A stretch of DNA of 64,000 nt from Fimbriimonadia bacterium (GTDB taxonomy: Bacteria; Armatimonadota; Fimbriimonadia; Fimbriimonadales; JABRVX01): positions 1 to 64,000 of the forward strand of contig JBGPGO010000004.1 of assembly GCA_041483895.1 (NCBI GenBank), given 5' to 3'. This document shows positions 1 through 10,112 of the stretch, piece by piece. The notes under the pieces are model-generated. The model was given only the letters and a program-made list of their open reading frames with translations. It made no database searches and was not told the origin of the DNA. Within the stretch, counting starts at the first letter, position 1, and each line of letters begins with the position of its first letter. Made by a program: the position numbers and the translations under genes.

Positions 1-136
1 AGCCGGCAAAGCAAAAAAGCAGGTCAACATCGCCGTCATGCGCAAACTCGCCAGCGCAATCGCGGCAGTCCTGAAGACAAAGACACCCTATGACCACAAA
101 TTGCTATTTTCCCCTTGACAAATCAAGACAGCATCT
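1..136 (+). mobile_element. IS110-family element, right end
   Basis: Transposase tail followed by TTGACA-AATCAAGACAGCATCT (a -35 box, then a terminal CT), resembling IS621-type right ends. Confidence 0.65.
2..118 (+). CDS. IS110-family transposase, C-terminal fragment (5' truncated by window)
   Basis: Frame 2 reads AGKAKKQVNIAVMRKLASAIAAVLKTKTPYDHKLLFSP*, matching the GKxKK..A..RKL....VLK....YD tail of IS110 recombinases. Confidence 0.8.
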   Translation, partial: AGKAKKQVNIAVMRKLASAIAAVLKTKTPYDHKLLFSP

Positions 137-149
137 ACCGAAGCGATCG

Positions 150-214
150 CGATGTGTCGGGGTTCACGTGCGGCAATATCCTTGGCCCGCCAAACACCAA
201 AGACCCCGACACGA
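150..214. repeat. REP-like palindromic element (GATGTGTCGGGGTTCACGT...AAAGACCCCGACACGA)
   Basis: Arms GTGTCGGGGT/ACCCCGACAC; near-identical inverted copy at 53354-53400. Confidence 0.7.
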
Positions 215-245
215 CCGGCGACCGCCCAGGTGGAGCGAGAAAGTC

Positions 246-854
246 CTACGCCGCTTCGTTGGCCAGCCCGTCGACGACCCCGACCAGAAGCTGTTGGGAA
301 CCGCCGATGAAGTCGACGAAGTCGATGGCAAAGCCATCTTTCGGTCGGATGCGGGTGCAGATCCCCAGCGCGCGAATTGCTGCATCGCCCGGAAGCGGAA
401 TCTGGACATTGTAAAGAACGCCTCGATAGTGCGGTACGTCCCCGGTAACCCAGGCGCCGTTCTTCGATATATCTTTGATGGTTGCATATGCGCGACTGAC
501 GCCCAACCCCTGCCCAGTGCCGCCCATGAAACCGAGTTCACAACCCATCTCGACGGGGTATCGGTCCGAACGGCGGCGCTCGAGGTTCTCGTGGGCCGTG
601 GTTCGGATTTCGCAGAAGGTTATCCCGCCACGCACGGTTGACTTGACGACCTGGGACGTGAGCGTGTGATAGACGCCGTCCTTTTGATAGATAACGATGG
701 CCTTCGTCCCTGGGGCGAGAGCCGACTCGGTGTTGATCTGCACAGTCAGCGGATCGGTCCGGTAGGCCGTGCCGGCGAACGCGGCATCGGGGGAGACCTC
801 GGACGCAATCAACATTACATCTTGACCCTCGACGGGGAACTCGGACATCATCAT
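246..854 (-). CDS. PilZ-domain (c-di-GMP-binding) protein
   Basis: RRSDR and DISKNG motifs (RxxxR, D/NxSxxG). Confidence 0.8.
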   Translation of the reverse strand: MMMSEFPVEGQDVMLIASEVSPDAAFAGTAYRTDPLTVQINTESALAPGTKAIVIYQKDGVYHTLTSQVVKSTVRGGITFCEIRTTAHENLERRRSDRYPVEMGCELGFMGGTGQGLGVSRAYATIKDISKNGAWVTGDVPHYRGVLYNVQIPLPGDAAIRALGICTRIRPKDGFAIDFVDFIGGSQQLLVGVVDGLANEAA

Positions 855-904
855 TGGCTACCTCCAGCGTCGAACTTAAGTATCGGAGGCAGCGTTTTCG
901 GGGT

Positions 905-2062
905 CTAGGTCTGGGCGACGGCCAGCGGTATGCGCGTTACAGCCCTGCGCGGCGGCGGCTCTTCGAGCGGTATCTCATGGTAGAGACTGTCCCGCTCGAT
1001 GGGTATCCGGCCCGCTTCCCGGATCATCTCGATCATGTTCCGGACGTCGAGAACCTGATGCTTCTCACCCGGCCTGTCGTCGGCATAGGTGATTTCGTAC
1101 TCGTGAACCGTACCATCGGCGTCGTCCGCGCCGTACCAGAGGGCCATTTGGGTGACCGGCGGGGTGTTCATGATCCAGAACGACTTGATGTGCTCGTAGT
1201 TGTCCAGCATGAGGCGGGAGACGGCGATGTTGCGGAGGTCGCAGTCGCCGGTGGTGTGCTTGATGAACTCTAATTCCGTGTTTTCCGGATGGAAGGCCAG
1301 CGGGGTCATGGCGAGGAAGTGGCCCGTTTCGTCCTGGAGCTCGCGAAGGCCCACCAGGTGCTCGACCCGCTCTTCCAACGTCTCGATGTGGCCGTAGAGC
1401 ATGGTGGCGTATTGCTTTAGGCCGGCGCGGGCCGCCGCGCGCGCGATCTCCTTCCACTCTTCGCCGTCCAGCTTTTTTTCGAATAATTCCTCGTGCACGC
1501 GGTCGCTGAGAACCTCGATGCCGCCGCCCGGCAGGCTGTCGAGGCCGGCCCCCTTGAGATCGACAAAGACTTCGTCAACGGACTTCTTTCCGACCCGGGC
1601 GATCTCCACGATCTCGACGGCGGTGAACGCCTTGACATGCACGCCCGGCCGTTCCTCTTTCACCGCCCGCAGCAGGTCAAGGTAGTAGCTGTAGGGCAGG
1701 CGCGGGTTGATGCCCCCCACCATGTGGACCTCGGTGATCTTGGCGCCGGCCGTCTTTCGCAGGCGCTCCCGTACCTGGTCGAGCGATAGCTCGTACGGGT
1801 CCGGGCCGCCCTTTTTGGCATAAAAGGAACAGAATTTGCAGAATTTGTTGCAGATGTTGGTGTAGTTGATGTGGTGATTGAGGACGAAATAGGTCCTGTC
1901 GCCGTGCATGCGCTCGCGGACGATATTGGCCATCTGTCCGACGGCGTTCAGGTTTCTCGTCCGGTAAAGGGTGACGCCGTCGTCGTAGGTCAGTCGCTCG
2001 CCTCTGACGACCTTCTCGTAGATCGGCGCCAACTCCCCATCGAGCAGATTCTGCAAGATCAT
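905..2062 (-). CDS. mqnE: Aminofutalosine synthase MqnE (radical SAM, futalosine menaquinone pathway)
   Basis: HINYTNICNKFCKFC (CxxxCxxC), YGHIET..ERVEHL, PLAFHPENT, HIKSFWIM, GADD.DGT; start placed at MILQNLL. Confidence 0.85.
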   Translation of the reverse strand: MILQNLLDGELAPIYEKVVRGERLTYDDGVTLYRTRNLNAVGQMANIVRERMHGDRTYFVLNHHINYTNICNKFCKFCSFYAKKGGPDPYELSLDQVRERLRKTAGAKITEVHMVGGINPRLPYSYYLDLLRAVKEERPGVHVKAFTAVEIVEIARVGKKSVDEVFVDLKGAGLDSLPGGGIEVLSDRVHEELFEKKLDGEEWKEIARAAARAGLKQYATMLYGHIETLEERVEHLVGLRELQDETGHFLAMTPLAFHPENTELEFIKHTTGDCDLRNIAVSRLMLDNYEHIKSFWIMNTPPVTQMALWYGADDADGTVHEYEITYADDRPGEKHQVLDVRNMIEMIREAGRIPIERDSLYHEIPLEEPPPRRAVTRIPLAVAQT

Positions 2063-2090
2063 TATTGGGAGTATACCGGGTCGTGCATGA

Positions 2091-2112
2091 CTTTTCAAAA
2101 TATTTTGAAAAG
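2091..2112. promoter_or_regulatory. Perfect 22-bp palindrome upstream of mqnE, possible operator
   Basis: CTTTTCAAAATATTTTGAAAAG is its own reverse complement; minus-strand TATACT at 2070-2075. Confidence 0.4.
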
Positions 2113-2258
2113 ATCGAGGGGCCATGTAGCCGCAGGTCCGTGTACCGATTCCGATCGCTTGAGACAACCCAAGGCCCACAGCGGGTTGCCGGCCACCGCG
2201 GGCATTGGGTTGTCGGCTCTCGGAAGGTATTGCAAGACGGACCCGCAGCTGCAAGAGT

Positions 2259-4790
2259 TCATGTTCTTGACCAGCCGCGTTTGGCGAAGACCATCCGTTT
2301 GACCACCTCCACAAGCGCCAGGTATACGACGACGGCGGAGGAGAGGAAGAAGAAGTAGCCGACGGGAAGCGGTTGGAAGCCGAGGAATTCGGCCGCCGGC
2401 GTGATCGGGAGCAGGGCGGCAAGCGCCACGATGGCGGTGACGGTGAGGAGCAACGGACGGCTCGGGCGACTCCGCCAAGCGGGACCGGCGGTTCGGATAA
2501 TCAGTATCACCAGCACCTGGGTCGCAAGCGATTCAACGAACCAGCCGGTGTGGAACTCGCGCTCGCCCGCGTGAAACCATCGAAGCAGAACGATGAAGGT
2601 GAGGATGTCAAATATCGAGCTGAGCGGACCGATGAAGATCATGAAGTCGCGTATCAAACGGATGTCCCATCGGCGCGGCTTTGCGATGAACGAAGGATCG
2701 ACCTCGTCTGTCGGGATTGTCACCTGCGAAAGATCATAGAGGAAATTGTTGAGCAGAATTTGGGTCGGCAGCATCGGCAAAAACGGAAGAAACATTGCCG
2801 CCCCCGCCATGCTGAACATGTTGCCGAAGTTGGAGCTGGTGCCCATCAGCAGATACTTCATCACGTTGCCGAAAGCCCGCCGCCCCTCCAAAATTCCATC
2901 GTGCAGCACGTCCAGCCCCGGCCTGACCAAGATGATCTCTGCCGCATCTTTTGCCACATCCACCGCGCCTGAAACCGAGATGCCGACATCTGCGGCATGC
3001 AGCGATGGCGCGTCGTTGATCCCATCGCCCATATAGCCGACGACATGGCCGCGGGCCTTCAGCGCCAATATGATTCTGCTCTTTTGTCCGGGAGAGATTC
3101 GAGCAAACACGACGGTCCGCTCGGCGACGTGCTGCAGGGCGGAGTCTGTCATGGCGGCGATATCATCCCCTGTCACGATTTTGCCGTGATCGAGTCCCAC
3201 CGTCTTGCAGATGTGGTTTGTGACAAGCTGATTGTCGCCGCTGATGATCTTGATCGCGACACCGGCCCGTTTCATCTGCTCAATCGCATCGAGGGCGTCA
3301 GTGAGCGGAGGATCGACAAACGTGAGATATCCGATCAGATTGAGGTCCGATTCGTCTTGGGCGGAATAGTCCGCTTTCGTCTCGACCCACTTGGTTGCGA
3401 CAGCAAGAACGCGAAAGCCGTCCGCGCTCAATGACTCATACGTGGCCACGCATTGGGCGCGAAGATCATCAGTGAGTTCTGCGCCGGCGGCTTGCGTGCA
3501 CGCCGCCAAAACGCCTTCCGGCGCTCCCTTGCATATCAGCAATGGGCGATCTTCGATGCTGGCAACTACGGACATGCGACGTCGGTCGAAATCGAACGGG
3601 GCCTCACCCAGCTTTTCCACTTTGTCCACTGCGGGACCGGATGCCGCAAGAATCGCCCCATCCAGCGGGCTGGCGATTCCCGTTTGGAGCCGGCTGTTTA
3701 GGATGCCAAAACGCTTCGGATCGTCGCTCGCGTCGCCAAATGGATCGATGCTTCGATCGAGCGTCATCTGCCCACTGGTCAAGGTGCCCGTCTTATCGCT
3801 GCAGAACACATCCATGCTTCCGAAGTTTTGGATGGAGGCGAGATTCTTGACGATGACGCCGCGCTTCGCCATGTGAACCGCCCCGCGACTGAGCGTGATC
3901 GTTGTGATCATCGGCAGGAATTCCGGCGTCAATCCGACGGCCAGCGCGACGGAAAACAGGAGAGATTGCAGCGGGTCACGATGAACGACAATGGAGGTGA
4001 GGAAAACGAACAGAACCAAGAAGACGACGGTCTTTAGGATCAGCACGCCGAATCGGCGAAGTCCGTGTTCGAACTCCGTCTCCGGCGGCCGTTTCGCGAG
4101 GCGCATGGCGATGTCCCCGAACACCGTGTCGCGACCCGTCCGAACGATGAGTGCTGTTCCAACACCGCTCACGACACTGGTTCCGAGAAAAACGCACGCT
4201 TCGTTTTCCGAAGGGCCCTCGCTTGGGAGTAGTCCCAGATCGGCGCGCTTATCCACCGGAAGCGATTCTCCGGTTAGCGCCGCTTCCTGCACGTGCAGAT
4301 CGTTGGCCTCCAGCAGTCGGCAATCGGCTGGCACCAAATTCCCGGCTTGGAGTTGAATGACATCGCCGGGAACCAGATCGGGCCGGTTGATCTCCTGCCA
4401 CTTGCCGTCGCGCTGCGCCGTTGCTGTCGAGACCAGCGAATTTCTCAGTTCCTCCACGGCCTTGTGTGAGCGGTAGGATTGAATGAAGTTGAGAATGCTG
4501 CTGAGCGAAACCACGACGATGATAATCACGGCGTCCGGGATGTCCCCCAGGAAACCGGAAATCACCGCCGCCAAGACGAGGATGATGACGAGCGGGTTGG
4601 ACACGAAGGCGGTCAGTTCTTGCGCGAGGGGGGAGGGCGCGCGCAACCTCGGATCGTTGGCTCCGTATGCGGCGAGCCGTCGCTTGACCTCCGCGGATGT
4701 CAACCCTTTGTCGGTGGCCTGCAGCCCGGAGTAGAGGTCTGCCAACGGCGCCGCCAAGGATGGTGGGGTGGGGTTGCGTTGAGGGTTCAT
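2259..4790 (-). CDS. mgtA: Magnesium-translocating P-type ATPase
   Basis: TGES, PEFLPMI, DKTGTLT, KGAPE, GDGIND and SSNFGNMFS motifs. Confidence 0.92.
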   Translation of the reverse strand: MNPQRNPTPPSLAAPLADLYSGLQATDKGLTSAEVKRRLAAYGANDPRLRAPSPLAQELTAFVSNPLVIILVLAAVISGFLGDIPDAVIIIVVVSLSSILNFIQSYRSHKAVEELRNSLVSTATAQRDGKWQEINRPDLVPGDVIQLQAGNLVPADCRLLEANDLHVQEAALTGESLPVDKRADLGLLPSEGPSENEACVFLGTSVVSGVGTALIVRTGRDTVFGDIAMRLAKRPPETEFEHGLRRFGVLILKTVVFLVLFVFLTSIVVHRDPLQSLLFSVALAVGLTPEFLPMITTITLSRGAVHMAKRGVIVKNLASIQNFGSMDVFCSDKTGTLTSGQMTLDRSIDPFGDASDDPKRFGILNSRLQTGIASPLDGAILAASGPAVDKVEKLGEAPFDFDRRRMSVVASIEDRPLLICKGAPEGVLAACTQAAGAELTDDLRAQCVATYESLSADGFRVLAVATKWVETKADYSAQDESDLNLIGYLTFVDPPLTDALDAIEQMKRAGVAIKIISGDNQLVTNHICKTVGLDHGKIVTGDDIAAMTDSALQHVAERTVVFARISPGQKSRIILALKARGHVVGYMGDGINDAPSLHAADVGISVSGAVDVAKDAAEIILVRPGLDVLHDGILEGRRAFGNVMKYLLMGTSSNFGNMFSMAGAAMFLPFLPMLPTQILLNNFLYDLSQVTIPTDEVDPSFIAKPRRWDIRLIRDFMIFIGPLSSIFDILTFIVLLRWFHAGEREFHTGWFVESLATQVLVILIIRTAGPAWRSRPSRPLLLTVTAIVALAALLPITPAAEFLGFQPLPVGYFFFLSSAVVVYLALVEVVKRMVFAKRGWSRT

Positions 4791-4904
4791 GGCACAGTCT
4801 TTACGAATTCGATTCCGCGCTCGCTTTCCCTCCGGGATTTCCAGAATCGCCATCGGTAGCCGCAAGATTCAGATAGGGCGACCGGGTTGACGACGCGATA
4901 GTCA

Positions 4905-6716
4905 ATGAAAATTGGGGTCTTCTTGCGTAATCGGATAAACTTACCGTCTGTGGGACTCATTGTCTATTTTTTGGTAGCCGGAGTATTCCTGGCGATCAGC
5001 TATCGCGTCGTCGGACGGTTTCTGGTTCGATCCTTTGCATTGGATCCGGACTGGGAGCCGCCATCCGTCACAATGCGCGACGGAATAGACTACGAACCGA
5101 TCTCCGCGGCCGCGCTTCTTCCGCAGCACTTTTCCGCGATAGCGGCTGCCGGTCCCATCGTGGGCCCGATTCTGGCAGGGATGTATTTCGGCTGGCTGCC
5201 GGCAACGCTTTGGATTTTGCTGGGCTGCGTTTTCATCGGGGGGATTCATGATTTTGCCACTCTGATCGCCAGTGTGAGGCATAGGGCTCGGTCGATTGCG
5301 GAAGTGGTGAAGCAGCACATGAACCCGCGCGCCCATGTTCTATTTCTGTTGTTCGTTTGGATGTCGCTGGTCTATGTCATCATCGCGTTTGCCGACGTCA
5401 CCGCAGGCACGTTTCTCTCTACCGGGACGACCGATGCGCCGGGACCGGCCGTTGCCAGTTCGTCAACCATCTATCTGCTTCTTGCCGTCGTGATGGGCTT
5501 AGCTCTGCGATTCACGAAGATCGGACCGGTTCGCGCGAAGCTAATCTTCCTGCCATTGGTGCTGGCCGCGATTCTCATCGGACCGTACATCCCGCTGGAC
5601 ATTTCCGGCGCATTTGGCGAGCACACGAAGGTTGCTTGGAATTGGCTGCTGCTCTCCTACTGCTTCGCGGCATCGCTAATTCCGGTCTGGCTTCTTCTCC
5701 AGCCCCGTGGCGAATTGGGCGGATATTTTCTTTATGCCGTGATGGGAGTTGCCGTCGTTGGGATTGTTGTGGGCGGCTTGGCCAGCGCACTCACCGGCGG
5801 GCATTCGGAGGTCGGGCTGACCATTGTTTCGCCGGCGTTCAAAGGTTGGAACGCGCCGATCGCGGCGGGCGGAGCCATGCTGTTCCCGGTTCTTTTCATC
5901 ACGATTGCCTGCGGCGCCTGTTCCGGCTTTCATAGCATCGTGGCCAGTGGGACGACATCAAAGCAGCTTCGAAACGAATGCGACGCGAAACCTGTCGCTT
6001 ACGGCTCAATGTTGCTGGAGGGGTTTTTCGCATGCATCAGTTTGGCGACGGTTATGGTGGTAGCGAAGACAGCGGACACGCCGAATATGACCTATGCGCA
6101 AGGGATTGCCCAATTCGGTCATAGCGCCAGTTTCGGCGTCATCCCGACTCACGTGATCATAGAATTCGGTCTGCTATGCTTTGCCACGTTCGTATTCGAT
6201 ACGTTGGATGCGTGTACGCGATTGGCAAGATATTGCTTTATGGAACTCGTGCACAAAACGGACCGATCGTGGGCGGTTTTTGCCACCATCATCACCCTCG
6301 CTCTGCCCTTTTATGTCACCGCCCTGCCACCGGTCCTCGTCCAAGGCAAGCCGATGCCGCTGTTCATGGTGTTCTGGAGCATTTTCGGCACGAGCAACCA
6401 GCTTCTGGCCGCGCTGACGCTCCTTGGACTCACCGTTTGGATGTATCGCACAGGAAAGAGCTATTGGATCACGTTGGCGCCCATGGTGTTCATGATGGTG
6501 ATGACTTTCTGGAGCCTTTCTCAATTGACCAGAGAATACTGGAGCGCCATTGCCGGCGGTCGGGCGAACCAGCTCGCATACGTTCAGTTTGCCGTGACGG
6601 TGATCCTTGCGGCTCTTGCCGTATGGCTCATTTTGGAGGCCGTCGGGATCTTTCTCCGGTTCCGGGGGCAACGAGTGGCCGATCCGGGCCTTGCTCCCCA
6701 ACTGGCGGCCAATTAA
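4905..6716 (+). CDS. cstA: Carbon starvation protein A family transporter
   Basis: HFSAIAAAGPIVGPI, FITIACGACSGFHS, SGTTSKQL; many TM segments; true start may be slightly downstream. Confidence 0.9.
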   Translation: MKIGVFLRNRINLPSVGLIVYFLVAGVFLAISYRVVGRFLVRSFALDPDWEPPSVTMRDGIDYEPISAAALLPQHFSAIAAAGPIVGPILAGMYFGWLPATLWILLGCVFIGGIHDFATLIASVRHRARSIAEVVKQHMNPRAHVLFLLFVWMSLVYVIIAFADVTAGTFLSTGTTDAPGPAVASSSTIYLLLAVVMGLALRFTKIGPVRAKLIFLPLVLAAILIGPYIPLDISGAFGEHTKVAWNWLLLSYCFAASLIPVWLLLQPRGELGGYFLYAVMGVAVVGIVVGGLASALTGGHSEVGLTIVSPAFKGWNAPIAAGGAMLFPVLFITIACGACSGFHSIVASGTTSKQLRNECDAKPVAYGSMLLEGFFACISLATVMVVAKTADTPNMTYAQGIAQFGHSASFGVIPTHVIIEFGLLCFATFVFDTLDACTRLARYCFMELVHKTDRSWAVFATIITLALPFYVTALPPVLVQGKPMPLFMVFWSIFGTSNQLLAALTLLGLTVWMYRTGKSYWITLAPMVFMMVMTFWSLSQLTREYWSAIAGGRANQLAYVQFAVTVILAALAVWLILEAVGIFLRFRGQRVADPGLAPQLAAN

Positions 6717-6788
6717 GATCCGCTTTGGCCGTGAGATTGCTTGCATATTCGTCGCGCTCTTGATATACTGCTCGTGGGGGTGACCTTC

Positions 6789-9221
6789 ATGTGGAAGATA
6801 GTTTGGGGAATCGCGGCCGGGATCGCCTGTCAGGCGACGGCCCAACTTCAGCCGGGCAGCCCATGGCCGATGTTTCGTCATGATAATCGGCACACGGGCA
6901 CTGCAAATACCGTTGTCGCGCCGCCTGGTTTGCGATTTTGGAAGTATCCAGGGGGCGATCGCAAGTTGCTTGCGTTTGCCCGAGACGGAACGGTGTATAC
7001 GCGCGGGGCCGGCGACTTCGAATTGGTGGCTGTGCGCCCAGACGGAACGATTGGTTGGCGGGCACCGATCTCCAGCAAGGGCGTGGTGGCGTGTACCGTT
7101 TCCGCAGAAGACAACCTGTTTCTCACCGCGTATGATTTCGGGGTCATCGCGCTGAATTCCGCCGGCGCAATGCTCTGGGAATTTCCAGTGGTTGGTGGCG
7201 TCTGGGCATCGAGCGCCATCGGCATCGGCCAGGTCATCTATTTCGGGGGGGAAGACGGCTTTTTTAGAGCGCTTTCATCATCGGGACAACTGCTGTGGGA
7301 ACACGACACCGGCGCGAAGATTCGAAGCTCGCCCGCCATTTCTTCGGAAGGCACGATCGTAATCACGAACGAGGCGGGCGGTGTTTTCGCGTTCCGACCG
7401 GACGGCGCCGTTCGTTGGTCCGCTCCCGCTACGGGTAAGATCGCTTATTCGCCCGCGATCGACGATCAAGGGAATGTTTACGTGTCTGGAAAGGGCAACA
7501 CGCTCCGCTCTTTTGATCCCGATGGCGCTCTTCGTTGGTCGCGACCAATACCGGGACTCAACGAATCACCCGCGATTGACTTTGACGGTACCGCTTATAT
7601 CAGTTCCTTCTTGGATATAGGCAACACCCATTTGATAGCGGTCGAATCGACAGGCGCGATTCGTTGGGATGTCGCTTGTTCATCCGGTGGTGTTCCCGCG
7701 ATCGCTCCAACCGGAGAAATCTATTTCGGCGGAACCGTCGTAAATCGAGACGGGACGGCGAAGCATAGGGTGGGCGTCTTCCCCGTTTTCACGGCTGACG
7801 GAGTAGCCTACTTTTCAACATACCAAGGCCTGTATGCCGATCGTTTAGCCGGCAAGGAGTTGTGGCGAAAACCTGAATTCGAGAACGCCGAAAACGTTTC
7901 CCTCGGACCGGACGGCTCCATCTATTTTTGGAAAGACGACGGGTTCTTCTATTCGTTGACCTCCGATGGCAATTTGCGTTGGAAAGTGGTTCTGCCGAAA
8001 TTAAATGCGCCGGCATTCGTGGATTCGGAGGGCGCCATCCTCGTTCCAACGTACAAAAGCCTTAATGTGCTGAATCAACAGGGCGAATCTGTCCGCGAGC
8101 TGAAGGGATCGTTTGGGACTACTCGGCGCCGTCATGACGGGACGATCATCGCCGTCTCGGGCGGTTCGCTTTTGGCGATGGACGACGAGTGGCGACTTAA
8201 GTGGATTTTTGTATCGACGCTCATTCAAGATTTCGTATTGCGCGACGATGGATCTATGGTCGCCTTCGGTAATGATGCAGAGGCGGGTGTCGTTTATTCC
8301 ATCGACCCGGCCGGCAATCGCCTATGGGGCGGAGATGCCCAAGGAGTTGCCGGGGTTGCTTGTACGAAAAGCGGGGTGACTTATGTAGCCACCCATAGCC
8401 TCAGTCATACGGGCGGCAAGGCTTACCTCTCCGCCATTGACTCCGGCGGCAGCCTCCTTTGGTCAATTGTTGATGATTCCTATGTGTCTCGTCCGGTTGT
8501 CGGCGAGGACGACAGCATTTATTTCGGCGACGGTTATATGGTGTATGCTCTTACCGCGTCCGGCGCCGTGCGATGGACGTTCGGTGATGGGAACGGCAAC
8601 CAGTTCTTCATTGGCTCGGACGGCCTGCTCTACCTGCTTGATGAGAGCAGGATCATCGCCTTTAGGCAAGACGGAACCCCTGTGGCTTGGTCCTTGGTGG
8701 ACTCTGGGAGCTACAAACCTGCCCTGATGGCGCCTGATGGAACATTTGTACTTGCCAGTAGCAGCGATCTCATGAAAGCTTCTGTGAATACGCGTACTGT
8801 TACTGGCGCCGTCGAGCTGGACGCCTTGCGCGGTTCTCCGCCCTTGGTTGCGGCGGGCGAAATCCGAGACACGGCGACCGGCGAGGTGTGGGCGCGGATC
8901 GCTCCAGGGATCGGCAAGAATGGAGCGTTCGAGGTCCTGGCCCCAAGGGCCATGATAGATCTTTCGTTCAAGCCCACTCACTGGCTCCGAAAAACGCTGG
9001 AACGAATCGATCTTCGCGATGGCGACGCGACGGGATTGCTCCTCAGCCTCACAAATGGCGATGCCGTAAGGGATAACCACGTGGACCTAAGAGACCTCTC
9101 AGCCATCTTCCTGGTCTACGGAACAGCGGATAACGAAACCGATCTTACTAACGACGGTACCATAGATCTCTATGACCTCACGATCGTGTTCAGTAACTAC
9201 GGAATTGAAGGTGACAATTAG
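6789..9221 (+). CDS. Secreted PQQ-like beta-propeller repeat protein with dockerin-like C-terminal tail
   Basis: Signal peptide, WPMFRHD..HTG, repeated G..W/SSPAI..DG motifs, C-terminal HWLRK...NGD..DN.VDL.DL...DLTNDGTIDL.DL. Confidence 0.85.
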   Translation: MWKIVWGIAAGIACQATAQLQPGSPWPMFRHDNRHTGTANTVVAPPGLRFWKYPGGDRKLLAFARDGTVYTRGAGDFELVAVRPDGTIGWRAPISSKGVVACTVSAEDNLFLTAYDFGVIALNSAGAMLWEFPVVGGVWASSAIGIGQVIYFGGEDGFFRALSSSGQLLWEHDTGAKIRSSPAISSEGTIVITNEAGGVFAFRPDGAVRWSAPATGKIAYSPAIDDQGNVYVSGKGNTLRSFDPDGALRWSRPIPGLNESPAIDFDGTAYISSFLDIGNTHLIAVESTGAIRWDVACSSGGVPAIAPTGEIYFGGTVVNRDGTAKHRVGVFPVFTADGVAYFSTYQGLYADRLAGKELWRKPEFENAENVSLGPDGSIYFWKDDGFFYSLTSDGNLRWKVVLPKLNAPAFVDSEGAILVPTYKSLNVLNQQGESVRELKGSFGTTRRRHDGTIIAVSGGSLLAMDDEWRLKWIFVSTLIQDFVLRDDGSMVAFGNDAEAGVVYSIDPAGNRLWGGDAQGVAGVACTKSGVTYVATHSLSHTGGKAYLSAIDSGGSLLWSIVDDSYVSRPVVGEDDSIYFGDGYMVYALTASGAVRWTFGDGNGNQFFIGSDGLLYLLDESRIIAFRQDGTPVAWSLVDSGSYKPALMAPDGTFVLASSSDLMKASVNTRTVTGAVELDALRGSPPLVAAGEIRDTATGEVWARIAPGIGKNGAFEVLAPRAMIDLSFKPTHWLRKTLERIDLRDGDATGLLLSLTNGDAVRDNHVDLRDLSAIFLVYGTADNETDLTNDGTIDLYDLTIVFSNYGIEGDN

Positions 9222-9339
9222 GACTGGCGTAAGGCGTGGACGGGCTAACTTATGATTTGGTCCAGAAAAAGGGAGCGGAGCACGCGCAAGCTAAAGCGTG
9301 CAGCTACCTGAGCGGTTACTGGGCGGCTGCCGGAGAAGG

Positions 9340-10032
9340 CTAGTGAGGCTCCACGCGAACCGAAGCGGCCGCTGTTCGATGCGTCCTCGCTTCGCAGGCG
9401 AGCCAATTGCGAATCGCCCGTTCGCTCTCACCGAGAAATTTGACAATGAAAATGCCATGTCGGAGCGACGAGCCTCCTGCCTCTTCCGGACCATGGCGGA
9501 GGACGATGCCTGCGACATTCACATCCTCGGATCGGTTGGGCGGGCAGAATGTAAGCAAGACGCCGGAGCCCACCTCCACCTCTTTGCGCAGGAAGGCTTG
9601 GCATCCTGAGGCGCTGAAATCCAAGAGACGCCCTGGTATCCGGCTCGCCTCATCCGTGCTGCCATCGCGGAGCGCATTACACATAACCGCCAGATCGCAT
9701 GGGTATCGGGGATCGGACCGCTTGTTGAATGGGTCCCAGGCGATCTTCGTTGGCAGAGCCAAGAGAGGACGAAAGTGCCTTCTCTCCTCGACAGCCAGCA
9801 CGGTCGTTGTGGCGCGGTACGCGATCTCGTGGCGTGCGGTAATTGCCTGAATCTGGTCGCCCGTTGTTGGATATTCATTGGGTTTCACTAAGTTCGGAAG
9901 CTGGACCCAGAGCCGATCGCGCTCCAATTTCACGACCGAACAGTTCCATGGACCAGAGTTGTCGTACCTATCCGGCAGGCTGATCACGATATTTGCCTTG
10001 AGAGCGATCTGGAAATCCGTTCGTACAGTCAT
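9340..10032 (-). CDS. PilZ-domain protein (YcgR-like architecture)
   Basis: KRSDPR and DFSASG motifs, plus an N-terminal extra domain. Confidence 0.8.
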   Translation of the reverse strand: MTVRTDFQIALKANIVISLPDRYDNSGPWNCSVVKLERDRLWVQLPNLVKPNEYPTTGDQIQAITARHEIAYRATTTVLAVEERRHFRPLLALPTKIAWDPFNKRSDPRYPCDLAVMCNALRDGSTDEASRIPGRLLDFSASGCQAFLRKEVEVGSGVLLTFCPPNRSEDVNVAGIVLRHGPEEAGGSSLRHGIFIVKFLGESERAIRNWLACEARTHRTAAASVRVEPH

Positions 10033-10112
10033 GCTACTAGCATATTATTCAAATGTAACACTGCTTCAGTAGATGACCTAGCATTAAACCGTAGATCGCA
10101 TGGTTACGAAAG

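Noticed and set aside
2095..2262. Small ORF overlapping the mgtA stop (MNSCSCG...)
   Set aside because: No recognisable motif or RBS, and it runs into the mqnE promoter palindrome
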